Origin: Phoronis australis
Taxonomy: Eukaryota > Animalia > Phoronida
Reading direction: 5' to 3'
DNA: 64,000 nt
Assembly (NCBI GenBank): GCA_002633005.1
Contig: NMRA01000427.1
Location: 197,887 to 261,886 of the forward strand
This document shows, in pieces, positions 1-13,598 of this stretch. Below the pieces are notes generated by a model. The model had not been told where the DNA came from, ran no database searches, and was given only the letters and a program-made list of their open reading frames with translations. Position 1 is the first letter of the stretch; each line of letters opens with the position of its first letter. A program made the translations under genes and the position numbers.

Positions 1-1755
1 GTTAGGCCCGTCGTGAAGGGAGTATAGAGACCCTGTTTGAGGGAAATTTCCCACTTCGTCCCTGATGAATTCAAAATTGACACCCTCTCTGTACCAATGG
101 ATAATTTTGGACAAGTAAATGCAAAGCCAGCGACTTGTGAATGGGACAATTTTCACCTGGCGCATACTGAAGTGGTACCTCAAACATTAAATTTCACTGG
201 GCTGTGACTGTTAGTGTCCAGGTTGCTAGGAGAGGGGTCTATAACATCTTGAAATGTTGGCAAGGAATCGTAATTTGTTCGTGTGAGGGACAGGGCCTCA
301 CAATGGTGTTGCAAAACTTATGGACTAGTTGAATTTTTGGAGAATACTTTCTAATCAGAATGGGCGAAAAACTATGGCACTGCCTCGTTTTAAACTGACT
401 CGAAGCCTTTTAAGTTTTTGAAAGTCAGGAGGAGCAAATAATCCTTGACAACTCGATGTGGGTTGACAAAATATGTGCTAAATGGCAACACGGCTAAATT
501 GGAGATAAGCGATCGCAATGTTATCGTGAGAAATGACGCGCAAATGTCGTTTCAAGGTCGTGTAACATTTCGCCGACGTGAATCGGTCTAGGCAATTTTA
601 GCCTACTCATAATTGGCAACTGTTCGCAACGCTCAAATACATGTACACCATGATTATGATTTTACGAAAAATCTTTCACTAATTTGCACATTATCTTAGC
701 ATGATGTTGCTATTCTGTAGCATAATTAGGACCAAGGAACACGAGTTTTGGAAAACGGCAAGGTGTTTTTTACTGAAACTTTCCAATTTTGATAATCTTT
801 GGTCATTCTCAAAAAACACTTATAAAACTTTACAGCTGAGAGGCTAGCGTTTACGTTCCGTACGATTGAAGAATACGATTGCTGTTTTTATCAGCTTCTG
901 CTTTGCGTAATTTGGCATAGAAATCAAATTAAATGAGCAATAAAAAACTCGTAATACCTTTTTGGGGAAATTGTGAAGTTTTCGTTCAAAAAAGGTTTCA
1001 TTAAAAATTGATCAATGGGTTATTTTGCAATGGATACACCTTTTTAAAAATGAAAATTTGATTTAAAACAGGTGTAAACGTAATGATATTAGTAATAATA
1101 GTAATAGTAATGGTGATAGTGAAGGTGATGGTGGTGATGGTGATGGAGATGGTATAATAATAATAGCACATAAATATAAAATAAAATTTTATAATCCTTG
1201 ATATTTTCTTTCAGTAAACGCTTATTTTTACTTAGTTCGCTTCGTACATATAAGTTAGAATGGAAGTCACAAAATAAGGCATGAGATAACTTTAACTGAC
1301 GTTTATTTAACAGTTCAGTTGTTATGAGAAGTGTTGAGCGATATGGTTGTTGTTCTTCTCAAGCGTGAACAGACTCACCCTAATATCAGGTTTAAATAAC
1401 ATAGTTGCACCCTTATTACAAACAGGTTCTGGCGGTGTTGTTTGACACACCTTATTTTTTGCCTGTGCAGTTTAGATTGTTGATGGGCAGACAGTGAACC
1501 AGAACGGTCAACGGTCTCATTGGGCAGGCGGACATAAGATAAGTGTAAGCATTAATACTCATTTAAATGACTTAAAGTATCAAGTTTTAGGATTGTCAAA
1601 ACAAGTCGTTGCGCTTATTCGTCAGGTATGTTGCTCTGTCGAAAAATGCCTTTGCTTGTTTCGATGTTACCTGGTGAAATAAAATTTATCCAAGTGTGTT
1701 GCTTCATAAGAAGTTTGTTTTTTGTAAGTCTTTTATGACGACTGCATAAATTGCT
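1..1755 (+). repeat. Left copy of an inverted segmental duplication (partner 35890-39245 on the minus strand, interrupted by a LINE); may extend beyond the window start
   Basis: Colinear reverse-complement similarity, e.g. gcgacttgtgaatgggacaattttcacctggcgca (~130-165) vs 39083-39117, tttagattgttgatgggcagacagtgaaccagaa (1471-1504) vs 37931-37964, and 1676-1705 vs 35946-35976; roughly 75-85% identity by eye. Confidence 0.9.
1476..1544 (+). other. Candidate 69-nt phase-0 exon (IVDGQTVNQNGQRSHWAGGHKIS), conserved in the duplicated copy
   Basis: tttag| acceptor and |gtaagc donor with an open frame; the paralog at 37891-37959(-) keeps length, frame and both splice sites. Confidence 0.35.
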
Positions 1756-3890
1756 TTGAAGTTCTCATTGCAGTATCGAATAGATTTTACAAAGATTGTT
1801 TAACTCTATCGCTACCTATTTGTCGCCAGTAAACATTCACGAATTCTTCACACGAACCGCAACAAGTCTTCAGCACCTTCCCATCTTTCGTCGGTCAAAT
1901 GAGTGAACGACACGCACTTTAATTAATGTCGTAAATTCATTGTTTACAGCGTAAATTTAACTGACTCAAATATTTGTTGTGCAAATAAACTTTTAATGAT
2001 GCGGCTTAATTATACAACAACAAGCGTAATATATGCACGTAAGTTAATAAGTTATGGGCCCAAATTACGCACGTGAATAATTAGTCCACGGTGTTCAAAA
2101 TAAATTAACCTCAACCGAACTTCTAAATGTTCAGTGAAACGTAAACGACATGTGCTATCAAGTATTCACGCCTCCCGTCGCATCAGTCATCTGCCGTAAA
2201 TTTTGTAATACGACGGCTAATGTCACAAAACACTAACAGTAATGTAGAAGACGAAGGTCGAACTTGTGAGAATTCCAACATGACCAACCTTGAGTTTGAG
2301 CACGGTTGAGTGATAGATTAAATAAAAATTTGTTTTAATGTTTGGTTGAGTTCTGTAAAATCACCACACTCACGAGGCACTCAATGAGAGAAACTGTATC
2401 TTCATTTCAGGCATTTACGGGACGGAAACAAAGAAATCATTATTTGATAAAGGGGTGATATAAAGAAACCATTATCAGTTGACAAGGTTATAGGACTTCG
2501 TACTGGACAAGTACTGTAGACTTCTCATTTGACTGATCTACTGATAATGTCTGGCCCCAACATTTTGACAAGAAGATGTGGTTTCGTGTTACGTGGACAA
2601 CTAAACATACTATGTGTCCAAAGTTCTCCATGAGACATGTCCAAAGGTTCAAGAAATTGATTGACTAATGACCCCCCTCGTAGTGTAAAAAAGTAAAAAT
2701 TGAGACAGTTTCCTATTTCTGCAATGACTGAAAGTAAACATTGCGCCAGGTTTTAAACTCATTAATGTGTAAATAATTTGCCAGAGAGAAAACAATTGGA
2801 AAATTAAATTTGAACGTCAAAAGTTCCAGCCGTGTGCAATTTCACAAACATTCATAATAATAACAATAAAATTGCAATAACAATGATAGTAAAAAATGAT
2901 AATATTAATAACATTAACAGTAAGTATAACAATAATGATAATATCAAGAAGCCAACAGCCCACAGTTGACAATGATATATACTTTAAACATGCGTTTACA
3001 GCCATTTAAGATTCAATATCGAGAATCACCGGTCACCGTCGCCCTTGGTCTATACATTGAAAGTGTTTTTTTTTAAGTGTTCAATGCTTTCCCGTTGTTG
3101 GTAAGTGGTGGGAATCTTATTTCTTAAATCTACAGGACTGTTGCGTCAGCTAACGACATAAATTGTTTTTGAACGTGCACGTGCCTGTCACATAGCGTCT
3201 AAAAACATTTATTTCTGGAAATCTTTAAGTTTGCCAATTCGATAATCTTAAAAAATTATCTAGGTCTACACATCCATAACGGCCACACTCTCCCTTGCAA
3301 TGATCGCCTTAATGCCAGTAGACAGTAACCATTTACAAAATGCTGTTTGAATATTTTGTCAGTAAGTAGTACCCTATATTTCTACTCCAAAGCACTAAAA
3401 GGGTGCTATCATTGTGTCAAACAATTTGAAGAGTATCAATATCTTTCTACTACGTCCTATTTGAGACAGAAAGGTTTCACCTAATTCATTGCTTTACTTG
3501 CCTGGTGTGTAAGTGTTCTACAGCACATTGTCCAACTTAACATACTAGAAAATACAATCTCTAAATACTTTAGTAACTATAAGTTTTCAGCTCGACATCT
3601 TTCTAATGCCATTTTTGTTCTTTCCAATTGCCCACCTTTCTTAACAACAACTATGGTTGAGGTCTGGGTGTTTACAGACATATTCGACTTGAAACAAATA
3701 TGTTTTAGCACTTAAAACAATCATATATAACAATAGAGTCGCCAACTCGAGTAGCGTAGTCGGCAAATAGTAAGGGCGGGTTCAACTTGAATACAATTTG
3801 CCCTTTCAGTTTTCATTTAAATAGCAAATTCATCAATATACAGAGACAACAATAAAAGGCATATCATACATATAAATTAGTACACTGCGA

Positions 3891-4015
3891 AGTCGTTATC
3901 CCCCGTAATCTAGCGCCCAAGTGGATTTTGGAGAATTATCTCCCGAGCGGCGTTACCCCCGAGGGCAATTATTCTCCAAAATCCACGAGGGATCTAGATA
4001 AGGGGGATAACGACT
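3891..4015. mobile_element. ~125-bp palindromic non-autonomous element (hairpin MITE-like)
   Basis: agtcgttatcccc...ggggataacgact outer arms; gtggattttggagaat...attctccaaaatccac inner arms. Confidence 0.7.
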
Positions 4016-5427
4016 AAGAACATGTAATAATAATACGACATCACTGAACAATAAACATTGCAATTAATCTATCCCCTTTCTCGACACGCGTCGGCTTTGG
4101 GAAAATTACGTTCTGTTACAGGCTCGGGGTTGGAGGTCGTGACTTTTTAAGAAACGCCGAGTCATTCTTGTTAAAGTAATGTTTTTACTCACAACCAACT
4201 GGAAATTTAAACAAAATAAACATAAGGTGGATCGATAAAATATGGTTTAAGTAAATACTACACATCTTATCATGGTAAGCTTCCACCACTAGCGTCTGCT
4301 AAAGTACCTTACCATTGGTTATAAATTAGTATAATGGCCAAATCAAAGATTCCCGACGACATGTCACCCACATTTTTAAACTGGAGATAGATGATTTTCA
4401 AGTAAGGAAAATGACAAATAAGTTTTGCTGAGTATTGAAAATGTCGTTTTTATTGATATTGTGCGTCTTATTTTTCACAGCGTATCAATGTCATTAAGTA
4501 TTCTATTTTCACGTTAAATGATGACACCTGCTGAATGGCGCAGCGGCTAAGTTGACTGCCACCAATCTTTTCAGCCATAACGAATACAGTGTGTTTGTCG
4601 CACGTTATTGCACTATATTTTGTTCGGCGTTTTGCCAAAACGCTGAAGCAATTTCATGGTAAGATAATATACTTTTTAGAGTGAAATTTACTTTTCTTTC
4701 TATCAGTCATACCACAAGTACAATGTAGGATGAAACGTCCATAACAAATAATACGCGTTTAAGAATTCCTCAGTCTCCAAATCCTTGCTATCTATGAAGG
4801 TGCAATTTAACACTGCCCTTAACCCTAACGATATACGGACCATCAATATTCCCACCCACCATTGTTATTTGATGCCGCTTTTCTCAAATTAATTTATTCG
4901 AATGGCAACAACAAGTTGATTTCGTCGCTCTGTTGCACATCTGTAAGACGGGGATTAACAAAGCATATTCGCTGTGTGAAACCAGTCTCTAATATTACTG
5001 AAATGAAATGATGTCGTATTCACAGTTCAACAACATTGTAACATTGTATTTCGAATGGAAGTACATTAAAAATTTTGATGATCTTCTGCTCACATATATG
5101 AAACATGTAAAGTCAAATCACGCAAGTCTATATTATCATTACGTTTGTCAACCACTGAAGATGTCGAAAGCTGGAACAAATGTAATCGTAACTGACAATA
5201 AAAAGAACCTTCGACTTAAAAATCAACTTTTATTCATTCTAATGAGAATATTTGAAAATTGGACTTAATTGCTCATCGAAAATTTCCCTTTCCTTGCGGT
5301 TTTTTCATCACAAAACTAACTACATGTAGCTGGTATTCACTTAATAAATACTGACACCACGGGAATCTCTTTATAATTTTTGGGATGAAGTCCCTCATTT
5401 AACTCGATTTAAAAAATCGTACAACCT

Positions 5428-5487
5428 CGCTCCCTCCCTCGCTCCCTCCCTCGGTCCTTCGCTCCCTCCCTCCCTCCCACACTCTCC

Positions 5488-5528
<41 letters not shown>
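5428..5528. repeat. (CCCT)n/(CT)n microsatellite abutting an assembly gap (N 5529-6354)
   Basis: Directly visible. Confidence 0.95.
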
Positions 5529-8500
5529 NNNNNNNNNNNNNNNNNNNNNNNNNNNNNNNNNNNNNNNNNNNNNNNNNNNNNNNNNNNNNNNNNNNNNNNN
5601 NNNNNNNNNNNNNNNNNNNNNNNNNNNNNNNNNNNNNNNNNNNNNNNNNNNNNNNNNNNNNNNNNNNNNNNNNNNNNNNNNNNNNNNNNNNNNNNNNNNN
5701 NNNNNNNNNNNNNNNNNNNNNNNNNNNNNNNNNNNNNNNNNNNNNNNNNNNNNNNNNNNNNNNNNNNNNNNNNNNNNNNNNNNNNNNNNNNNNNNNNNNN
5801 NNNNNNNNNNNNNNNNNNNNNNNNNNNNNNNNNNNNNNNNNNNNNNNNNNNNNNNNNNNNNNNNNNNNNNNNNNNNNNNNNNNNNNNNNNNNNNNNNNNN
5901 NNNNNNNNNNNNNNNNNNNNNNNNNNNNNNNNNNNNNNNNNNNNNNNNNNNNNNNNNNNNNNNNNNNNNNNNNNNNNNNNNNNNNNNNNNNNNNNNNNNN
6001 NNNNNNNNNNNNNNNNNNNNNNNNNNNNNNNNNNNNNNNNNNNNNNNNNNNNNNNNNNNNNNNNNNNNNNNNNNNNNNNNNNNNNNNNNNNNNNNNNNNN
6101 NNNNNNNNNNNNNNNNNNNNNNNNNNNNNNNNNNNNNNNNNNNNNNNNNNNNNNNNNNNNNNNNNNNNNNNNNNNNNNNNNNNNNNNNNNNNNNNNNNNN
6201 NNNNNNNNNNNNNNNNNNNNNNNNNNNNNNNNNNNNNNNNNNNNNNNNNNNNNNNNNNNNNNNNNNNNNNNNNNNNNNNNNNNNNNNNNNNNNNNNNNNN
6301 NNNNNNNNNNNNNNNNNNNNNNNNNNNNNNNNNNNNNNNNNNNNNNNNNNNNNNCCTCCCTCCCTCCTACTCTCCTGCACAGACCCTCGACGTTGGTTGG
6401 GGTCTGCTAAAGCGCACTTTTCCATATGCATTCTTGGAATATCATTGGCTGTTCCGATTTCAAGAAACAAGGCATTCTATTGGCCAGTTGAATAATAGGG
6501 CAAACTAGTTCACCAACATGGCGACTTCCAGCAAGGGAATGTCGGTGGATTTACAGCTGTTTAAATCTCTCTGTTCTCGTCAAACTCCCGCATTTCAAAG
6601 CTAACGAGTCAAGGAATACATCACCAGTAACGTATACGAAACATTTAATGATAATTATTATCCTGTATACTATGCTGTATTCTGAAGTGATGTGATTTTT
6701 AACGAAATAATTAGCTGATTAGCAGGCCATCCACAACAACAGTCATTTTAGGGCCAGGCACACTGTAGCACCGAATAGCGGGAAAGGAGTAGCTGAGTGC
6801 GTCGTGGCCACAGGATTGCGTCGATCTTTTCAGAGCACACCCTCTCGTATGTTAACATGTTCATGTACGTTATGTAAGCTCCCGTGATTACCGTGAAGGT
6901 TGAATTGGGTCAGATAAGGATACATGCTGAAATACTGCTATTCATGACATTGTCATTGTAATGACACACTTGTCACTACCCACAGAAGTTAGGAGCATAC
7001 AAATACAGTCAATGGTCCTAAACACACAAACATTAACCAGTCTAGCAATAGTTTTATAATGATTGACATCGCTTTTTGGCGGTGCCATCCTACAGTCGTA
7101 CAGAGTATTCAGTTATTTCGGAGGGTGTTAGTTGCTGTGAAATTAGGATTAGACAAACTCTTTTGTATAGTCAGCAAGATAAAACCTCACCCTTAAATTT
7201 TGGTGAGAGCCTCAATGGAAGAGTCAACTTTTCTGATAACATAATTATGCAAAGTTATTATTTGCAAGGAATTGAATTTCAGCAAAAGGCTCTTTGGGCT
7301 GCATTCTTTTTAAAACAGCAAACCTCAGTTGCATCTGAAACCTTCCTTGGTTTTGGTGCTAAAATAGATTATTTTATTCAGTTTCAACCAAAAAGTAAAT
7401 ATTTTTGTGTGGAATTTATTTGGAAATTCACCCTTTTATGGTGACTTGCAATGCCCGAGTCACTGGTCAGAGTATCACATTTGGTCATATGAAATCTATG
7501 CAAGTCTCCTCTCTCCTGGAACCCGACTCGTCGACTGTTACATTTTTTCTTTCCACGTTCACATGATGTCAAGTGTTGTAGAGTTTGCAACAATCATCTA
7601 TTAATTTCAATCTAAATGCAAAACAAGATCTCAGAACCATTCTTAAACACTCTGAAATTACTAAGGTTTGCTGTAATCAAAGCATCCTGGAGTTAGACAT
7701 CGTATGCAAGCGAACTTTAAAAACCTGGTTCGTTAAAATGACTACTAGTTGCAAAAACATCTCACATTTCACAACTGGGAGCTCAGGGTACTTCAAAGAT
7801 TTTAAGCTGGGTCACTAAACCCAAATTGACGGTTTCTTATGCGTTACTTGGGTTGGATTGTTATCCAGGCAGTAGTCACTCACTGGCAATCCAAATTTTG
7901 AGAACAAGTTTTAACGTGAAAAACAGGTTCCTGTCATACAGTAGAAAACACTGGTTCTCAAAGTGGGAGTGCCCTGTATGTTACTATTACCATTATGTTT
8001 TGCTCAGTGTTATGAGCAACATGCTAGTGTTTCATTCTTGTGGTTATGATCTACATAATACAGCAGTGATTTTAGTCAACATTTCGGTTTTTTCGACAAG
8101 TTTTTCAAAATTACAAATTTGACTCTTACTGAGGGGGCCTCCTCGTGGCAAGAGTTGGGCAGTGTGAAATGCTTCAGAACTTTCGCACTGGCAAACGTCC
8201 TCACGTTGACATCATTAATGTGTTCCTAGAAATAGTATACTCATAAGCTACAAAACACACAACATGCCAAGAAATTTATCTAACCATCGGGAACTTTATA
8301 TTGTTGATGTATTGATTACAAATATGGTTTAGTTTAGCGATAGAGTGAAGTACTAAGTCTGGGCATTAACATAGCTGTGGGCACACAACTGGGCTATCCC
8401 CTCCTCATTGCAAACCCTTCCCCTGATAGAAACTCATTTCAGTTTTGTTCTTGCCTAGCTTCCCTGTCCCTGTCCCCTGTTCATGCAGTGCCTCCAAGTT

Positions 8501-11500
8501 GCCTCACATTACAGTCATTGGTTGCTAACCAACAATTTCAAGTTTAGCAACCTCTTGAATAATTCTGACTACACCAGTGTTGCTACATGGGAATAGGTTA
8601 CTAAAGACCCGACTGCCATTCAAGTTGCACATTCACTGCCTTGTGAAAGCATAAACCATTATGAAATTAACACCTGGGAATTGGGTTTCAACTTTTTACT
8701 CAGAATTATTTTTGTTATTTTCTACACTAGTTTTGTTTGAATTCGAGATAAGTTTCTTTTATTCTATACTTGAGTACTTATTGATGGCAATTAATGATCC
8801 CTGCATTACAGCTAAACGTTTGAGTCTGAGTTCGAGGTTTTACTAGAAATCTTGAGTGTTTTCTCAAATTTTAGCTCGAATCTAGTGGTCATTTAGTACT
8901 ATCTTGATCTCGCAAGGAAGTGGACTAGAAGTGACAAAAACAATTTCGAGTTCGATTTGGATTGAAAGTTTCACTCTAGAGGTATATTCCCAAAACATGA
9001 TCGCATAATCCCTTTTCAGGGTTTTAAATCAATCCATACAAGACTGGTCTAGAATCTGTTTAGCCCAAAAAGCATTCAAGTGCTATGTGGAGAATAATAA
9101 AACATCTGTACTAAACTGTGTTGAAAAAAGTGAACCCTTTCGACCTTCCTTATCCGCAAATTGTACCATTTTTCAAGCTCCTATTTACCCAAACTCTTTT
9201 TAGAGCCGTCATGTAACAATATAAGATTGGTCTGGTACAAACAATGTTGTTTGTGGCCAAATTAGTAGCAAAAATCGCAAGCACTCACATGAAGATTGGC
9301 ATTGGATTTGGATACTAGTGTCTGATGTCAATCTTTATGTGTGTGCTCGTGATTAGACTCTTGATCTTGTACTGTTCCTTACTGATATTACATGTGGTAT
9401 ATTGGCTTCGGTTGAACGAATAGTTTCTTATTGCTTAAGACCTGGTGCAATAACCATGGCTTTGAGCAATAACAAAGTTTGAATTCTTCCAAGTCCACTA
9501 AGGAACAAGTTGAGACACGGATATATACGGGGCTTGGAATTTTCTTTTTTTGTTTTTATTTCCTTTTATTCGATTTCCGGCTTCTTTTTATCATCATTTT
9601 TTTGGCTTGATTCACGCAAAAACATTTATTTCAGTTTAATTTTTTGCAACACAAAAATATTTCTATCACACAAGCCTATTTGTGAAATGATAGATCACTT
9701 AGAAAATTTTCCTCTTATAGTCATTCCAATTCCTGTATATAGTGGTAAGTTGTTCAGATCAAAATTTATTCTGTTTCACATAAGACGCATTTATAGCAAC
9801 TTTAAGGGATTTAAATCGAAGGAAATCTGGAAGCTAGAAAACACCATCTGATAAGCGCATTCTGAAATCAACAATTGTGCTTGTACTTTCCAAGATGTTC
9901 AACACACATTTTTAGGTATAGGGATAGCTAGGGTTCATTCCACCATCCTTGGGCTTTCCGAGTACCATCCTAAAACCATTCCAAGGGGGTACTTCCACAG
10001 GTTTAAACAAGACACGACACTCAACTGGGTGATTTTTCTCAAACAATTTCTCTTCAAAATGGTGCTTGAAAAAATCCCTACCACAGCAAACTTGTTCCCA
10101 TGAATACAACGGGTTTCACTCTGGAAGTTAAAAACACAGCAAATGGTACCTTTTTCCTACTGCAATAGGGGTTTTAATACGATACCTGTATTTTTAAAAC
10201 CTTGGACACCAGACTCATTTTTGACAACAGGAATCTCTGAGCCGACTTCTTCAAGCTTAATGGGTGAAAAAGACACAGCTATCCAAGAATTACTACGAAA
10301 GGATTCATTTGTTAACATTAGCTCTTATAAAAAGATTGTGCTTTTGAAACATTAGCTACAATTTTATTGAAGTCCAAACCTCGGACAACAAACGCAATGT
10401 TTTTTTAGCCACTGTCTAAATGGGTGGAGATTCTTCTAGTACTCGATTATTCACAAAACGAAAGGTTAGGGCCCATTTGAAACACCTCTCGGGTATTTTC
10501 GTAGCTACAAATTTACCCTCGGAACATCTGAAGCACCTCAGATATTTTCCTATTTACATGTGCAATTTTTTCTTAGAAACACTTCAGGTATTTTCGTTGC
10601 CTCAAATATCTCTCTCGGAGATAAACGTTATCCAAAATATGGCAAGTCACGTGATTTTCAATCTTGACAACAATAGGCAAACTGAAGTCCACACACATGC
10701 AGAGAGCATTCACCTATTAGGTGAAATTTGAGGTTACGAAAACACACGAGGTGTTCTGGATGCCCTTGGAAGTTAATGTTTACAGTGCATGCTCGAACTT
10801 TATGGACAATCATTCTCCACTAAGTTTGATAATCACGCAGGTTAAATTCACCTCCAAAAATTCTCCCAGATTCTATTTGGCAGTTTGGGGGTGCAAATGT
10901 CTGACGGAAAAAATACTCTGCCCTTGCCCCTACCCCCTAACTCAAAATCCTGGATCATCCCCTGCTGTAAGATCTTACAGCAGGAGAGGATCCAGGATTT
11001 CGGGACGTTTTCAGTTCATAAAAAGCCATGATTCAAACAATGAAACTGAAAAAATGCCAAGTGAAAAGATTGAAGCCATTGTTAATCCAGGTTTGTTTTC
11101 GTAGTAAGGAATCGATAATTACATGATTTTACTACAGTTTTTTGGTAATATCACAATATATAAACAGCTACCTCACCAGAGAATTCCCCCCGAACGCAAA
11201 CTCGACCCAGTCTCAAAATAACTTTTACTCTCGCGACACCTACAGTGTAGCGACCTGATAACGTAGTACCGGATGTCAGCATGCGCAGAGCAAACTTCCT
11301 GGTTAAAAATTGCCAACTGACAACCAATGAAAACCATCGTTCTAGTGCGCTGTACCTGGGCCTTCACAAGCAATCCGTGACGTCAGCTTGTGAGGCCCGG
11401 GAACCAGGTTACCCTCCCTCCCCCCTCCCTCTCCCTCCCTCNNNNNNNNNNNNNNNNNNNNNNNNNNNNNNNNNNNNNNNNNNNNNNTCCCTCCCACCCA

Positions 11501-12569
11501 AACTTCAAATACTGATGTAACCTGTTAGCTGGTTTTCAGTCCTCTCTGTATGCCCTTAGACCGGCTTGAGTTGCAGGTAGCAAGCAAAATTCCAGAGTTT
11601 GACTGCGGTTAAACCTACATAACAATTCGTCATGCTAGTCAAATTTCATTCCCGAAAACGCATCTAATTATATTTAATTGCTTACAAAATCACCAATGCC
11701 TTGCACTGTTGATTCGGTTTGATGGTGATCGGCACTCAATCTGCTTACGACCGTATGTTGCCTAGCGATCTTGTCTTCTGTGAAAGTGGTCTAATTAGCT
11801 GAATTTAATTTTGTCTTGCATAGCGACAACAATCTCACTAAAATGTTTTACTTTCATACAGTGTTCTTGACGATTTTACGCAAGGATTTTTCAGGTATTT
11901 TAAAGAGGTGGCTTGTTACTTCATCACCCAAAACAATGCATATACATTGAAGGGGTTAGGAAGGAAACTTACCTTCTCCTAGACATGCACTTGTTCATTG
12001 TCACAAACTTTTGTCACGTTGAGGCATCCTAGGCCTACCAGTGATGCATGTTGTATAGGAAGCAGCTTCGTGTGTCTGGTGGCATGCAAGCAATGATATT
12101 CACAATTAGGGTAAAACTTTGACAAGCGAAGAAAATTTCAAAATGTAGAGAGATGTGCAGAATATGGTAAGTCATTCGGTTCGACAATATCCAACTCCCT
12201 TTCATCACCCATCCTCCTCCGCGGTCAACGATTTTGAGCTGTATCCTTCCTTACACCCTGCACTTTGATATCACAAATGAGTGGCCATTTTGTATGGTGT
12301 TCTAATATGTGCTTTGTAGCTTACAGTGTGCATGTATGTAGCCTAAATGGTAGCCTGACATTGGACAAAAAGAACAGTTGTTGTTCCGCCAATTTACAGT
12401 AGACATTTCCATTACTTCATAGCTAGCACTGAATTTTTTGACAGAACATTTCCGAAAAAAATAACAAAGTGTTTCTTAGTTTCTATGATTTCACATCGAA
12501 GGCATTTTCTATTCTCAGATACACAAATCTAGTTGATTCTAGATGCACATATGGAAACTTAGCTGACAC

Positions 12570-12960
12570 CGGCTGAAATCGGCAGTGTGTTAGGAAGACT
12601 GTCTGATCTGGAAGCCTCGTTTGCTGGTTGAGTGTTTAGGCTGCGAGGTACAGGGCATTTGCCTCAGCTCTGTCGTTGGTAGAGTGAAGGCCTGTAGCAA
12701 TGGACATGCGCAGAGAGCCGCCGTCTGGGTATTTGATGAATACACCACCTCCTCCATTTCTGACAGCATTCTCAGCAGAGCCGTCTGTGCAAGCTCGGGT
12801 CCTGGTGGTGGTGGTGTAGTCTCTGTCCAGAGTTTCTAGTGTGAGAGCCTTCAGGACTGCCTCCAGTTGTGTATGCTTTGCTTCAATTTCAGGGATGTCG
12901 AGAATGATGGAAGGAATGTCCAGGGACCAAGCATTTGTTCCAGGTTGCAGAAAACTGGAT
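12570..12960 (-). mobile_element. Non-LTR retrotransposon RNase H domain fragment (Ingi/I-group-like), disabled
   Basis: Manual translation: LKALTLETLDRDY...ACTDGSAENAVRNGGGGVFIKYPDG...ATGLHSTNDRAEANALYLAA*...VFLTHCR, i.e. RNase HI motifs TDGS, NxRAE and FLTD(H), with an in-frame stop; absent from the ORF track. Confidence 0.85.
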
Positions 12961-13598
12961 CAAAGACGTAATCGCTATCGACTGAGGCTTGGTCATGTTT
13001 TATGAAACAGGGCAGGAGCCTTGCCACGGAATTCCCCCTTAACCCATACACACTGGACTTGTTAATACTCAAGTTTTATACCTTTATTTGCTTGTTCTTG
13101 ACATGAAATCACGATCTGTTTAATTTTCTAGAAAAAAAAATAAAATAAAACCTTGACTGACTCTGACGTCTTTGGGAAATTTGGTAAGCCAGCGTGTGTT
13201 CAGGATGCATGGATAATACATCAATGTCGATTATGAAATATTTTCCGGTGTAGGTAAACCACGTACGACACGCAGTTTCGCGCATATTGAAGTATACAAA
13301 AGAATTGAAACTTAATATCTTCTATTAAATAGTGGTCAAATATTTGACAAAATCATTCATCTGGAAGAGTTCAGAAAAGTTCATGAATATGAATGAAATA
13401 CAGCAAATTGTTATGATGTCCACTCTGTCGTGATTTTATCGGGAAGCAAAATCCCTACCATGTAGTAGGCACGGTAGAAATGAGCAGCCTTCGCTTATTG
13501 ACAGAAGTAGAAACCAGGTGGCGCTGTGTGCTGCGTGCGACAGGTTTTCAACATGGCGCAACGCATCTATAGTATAAGGAGCCACTGAACAGTTCTCA

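Noticed and set aside
5409-6470. 353-aa ORF in the track
   Set aside because: Artefact of an N gap plus a (CT)n repeat.
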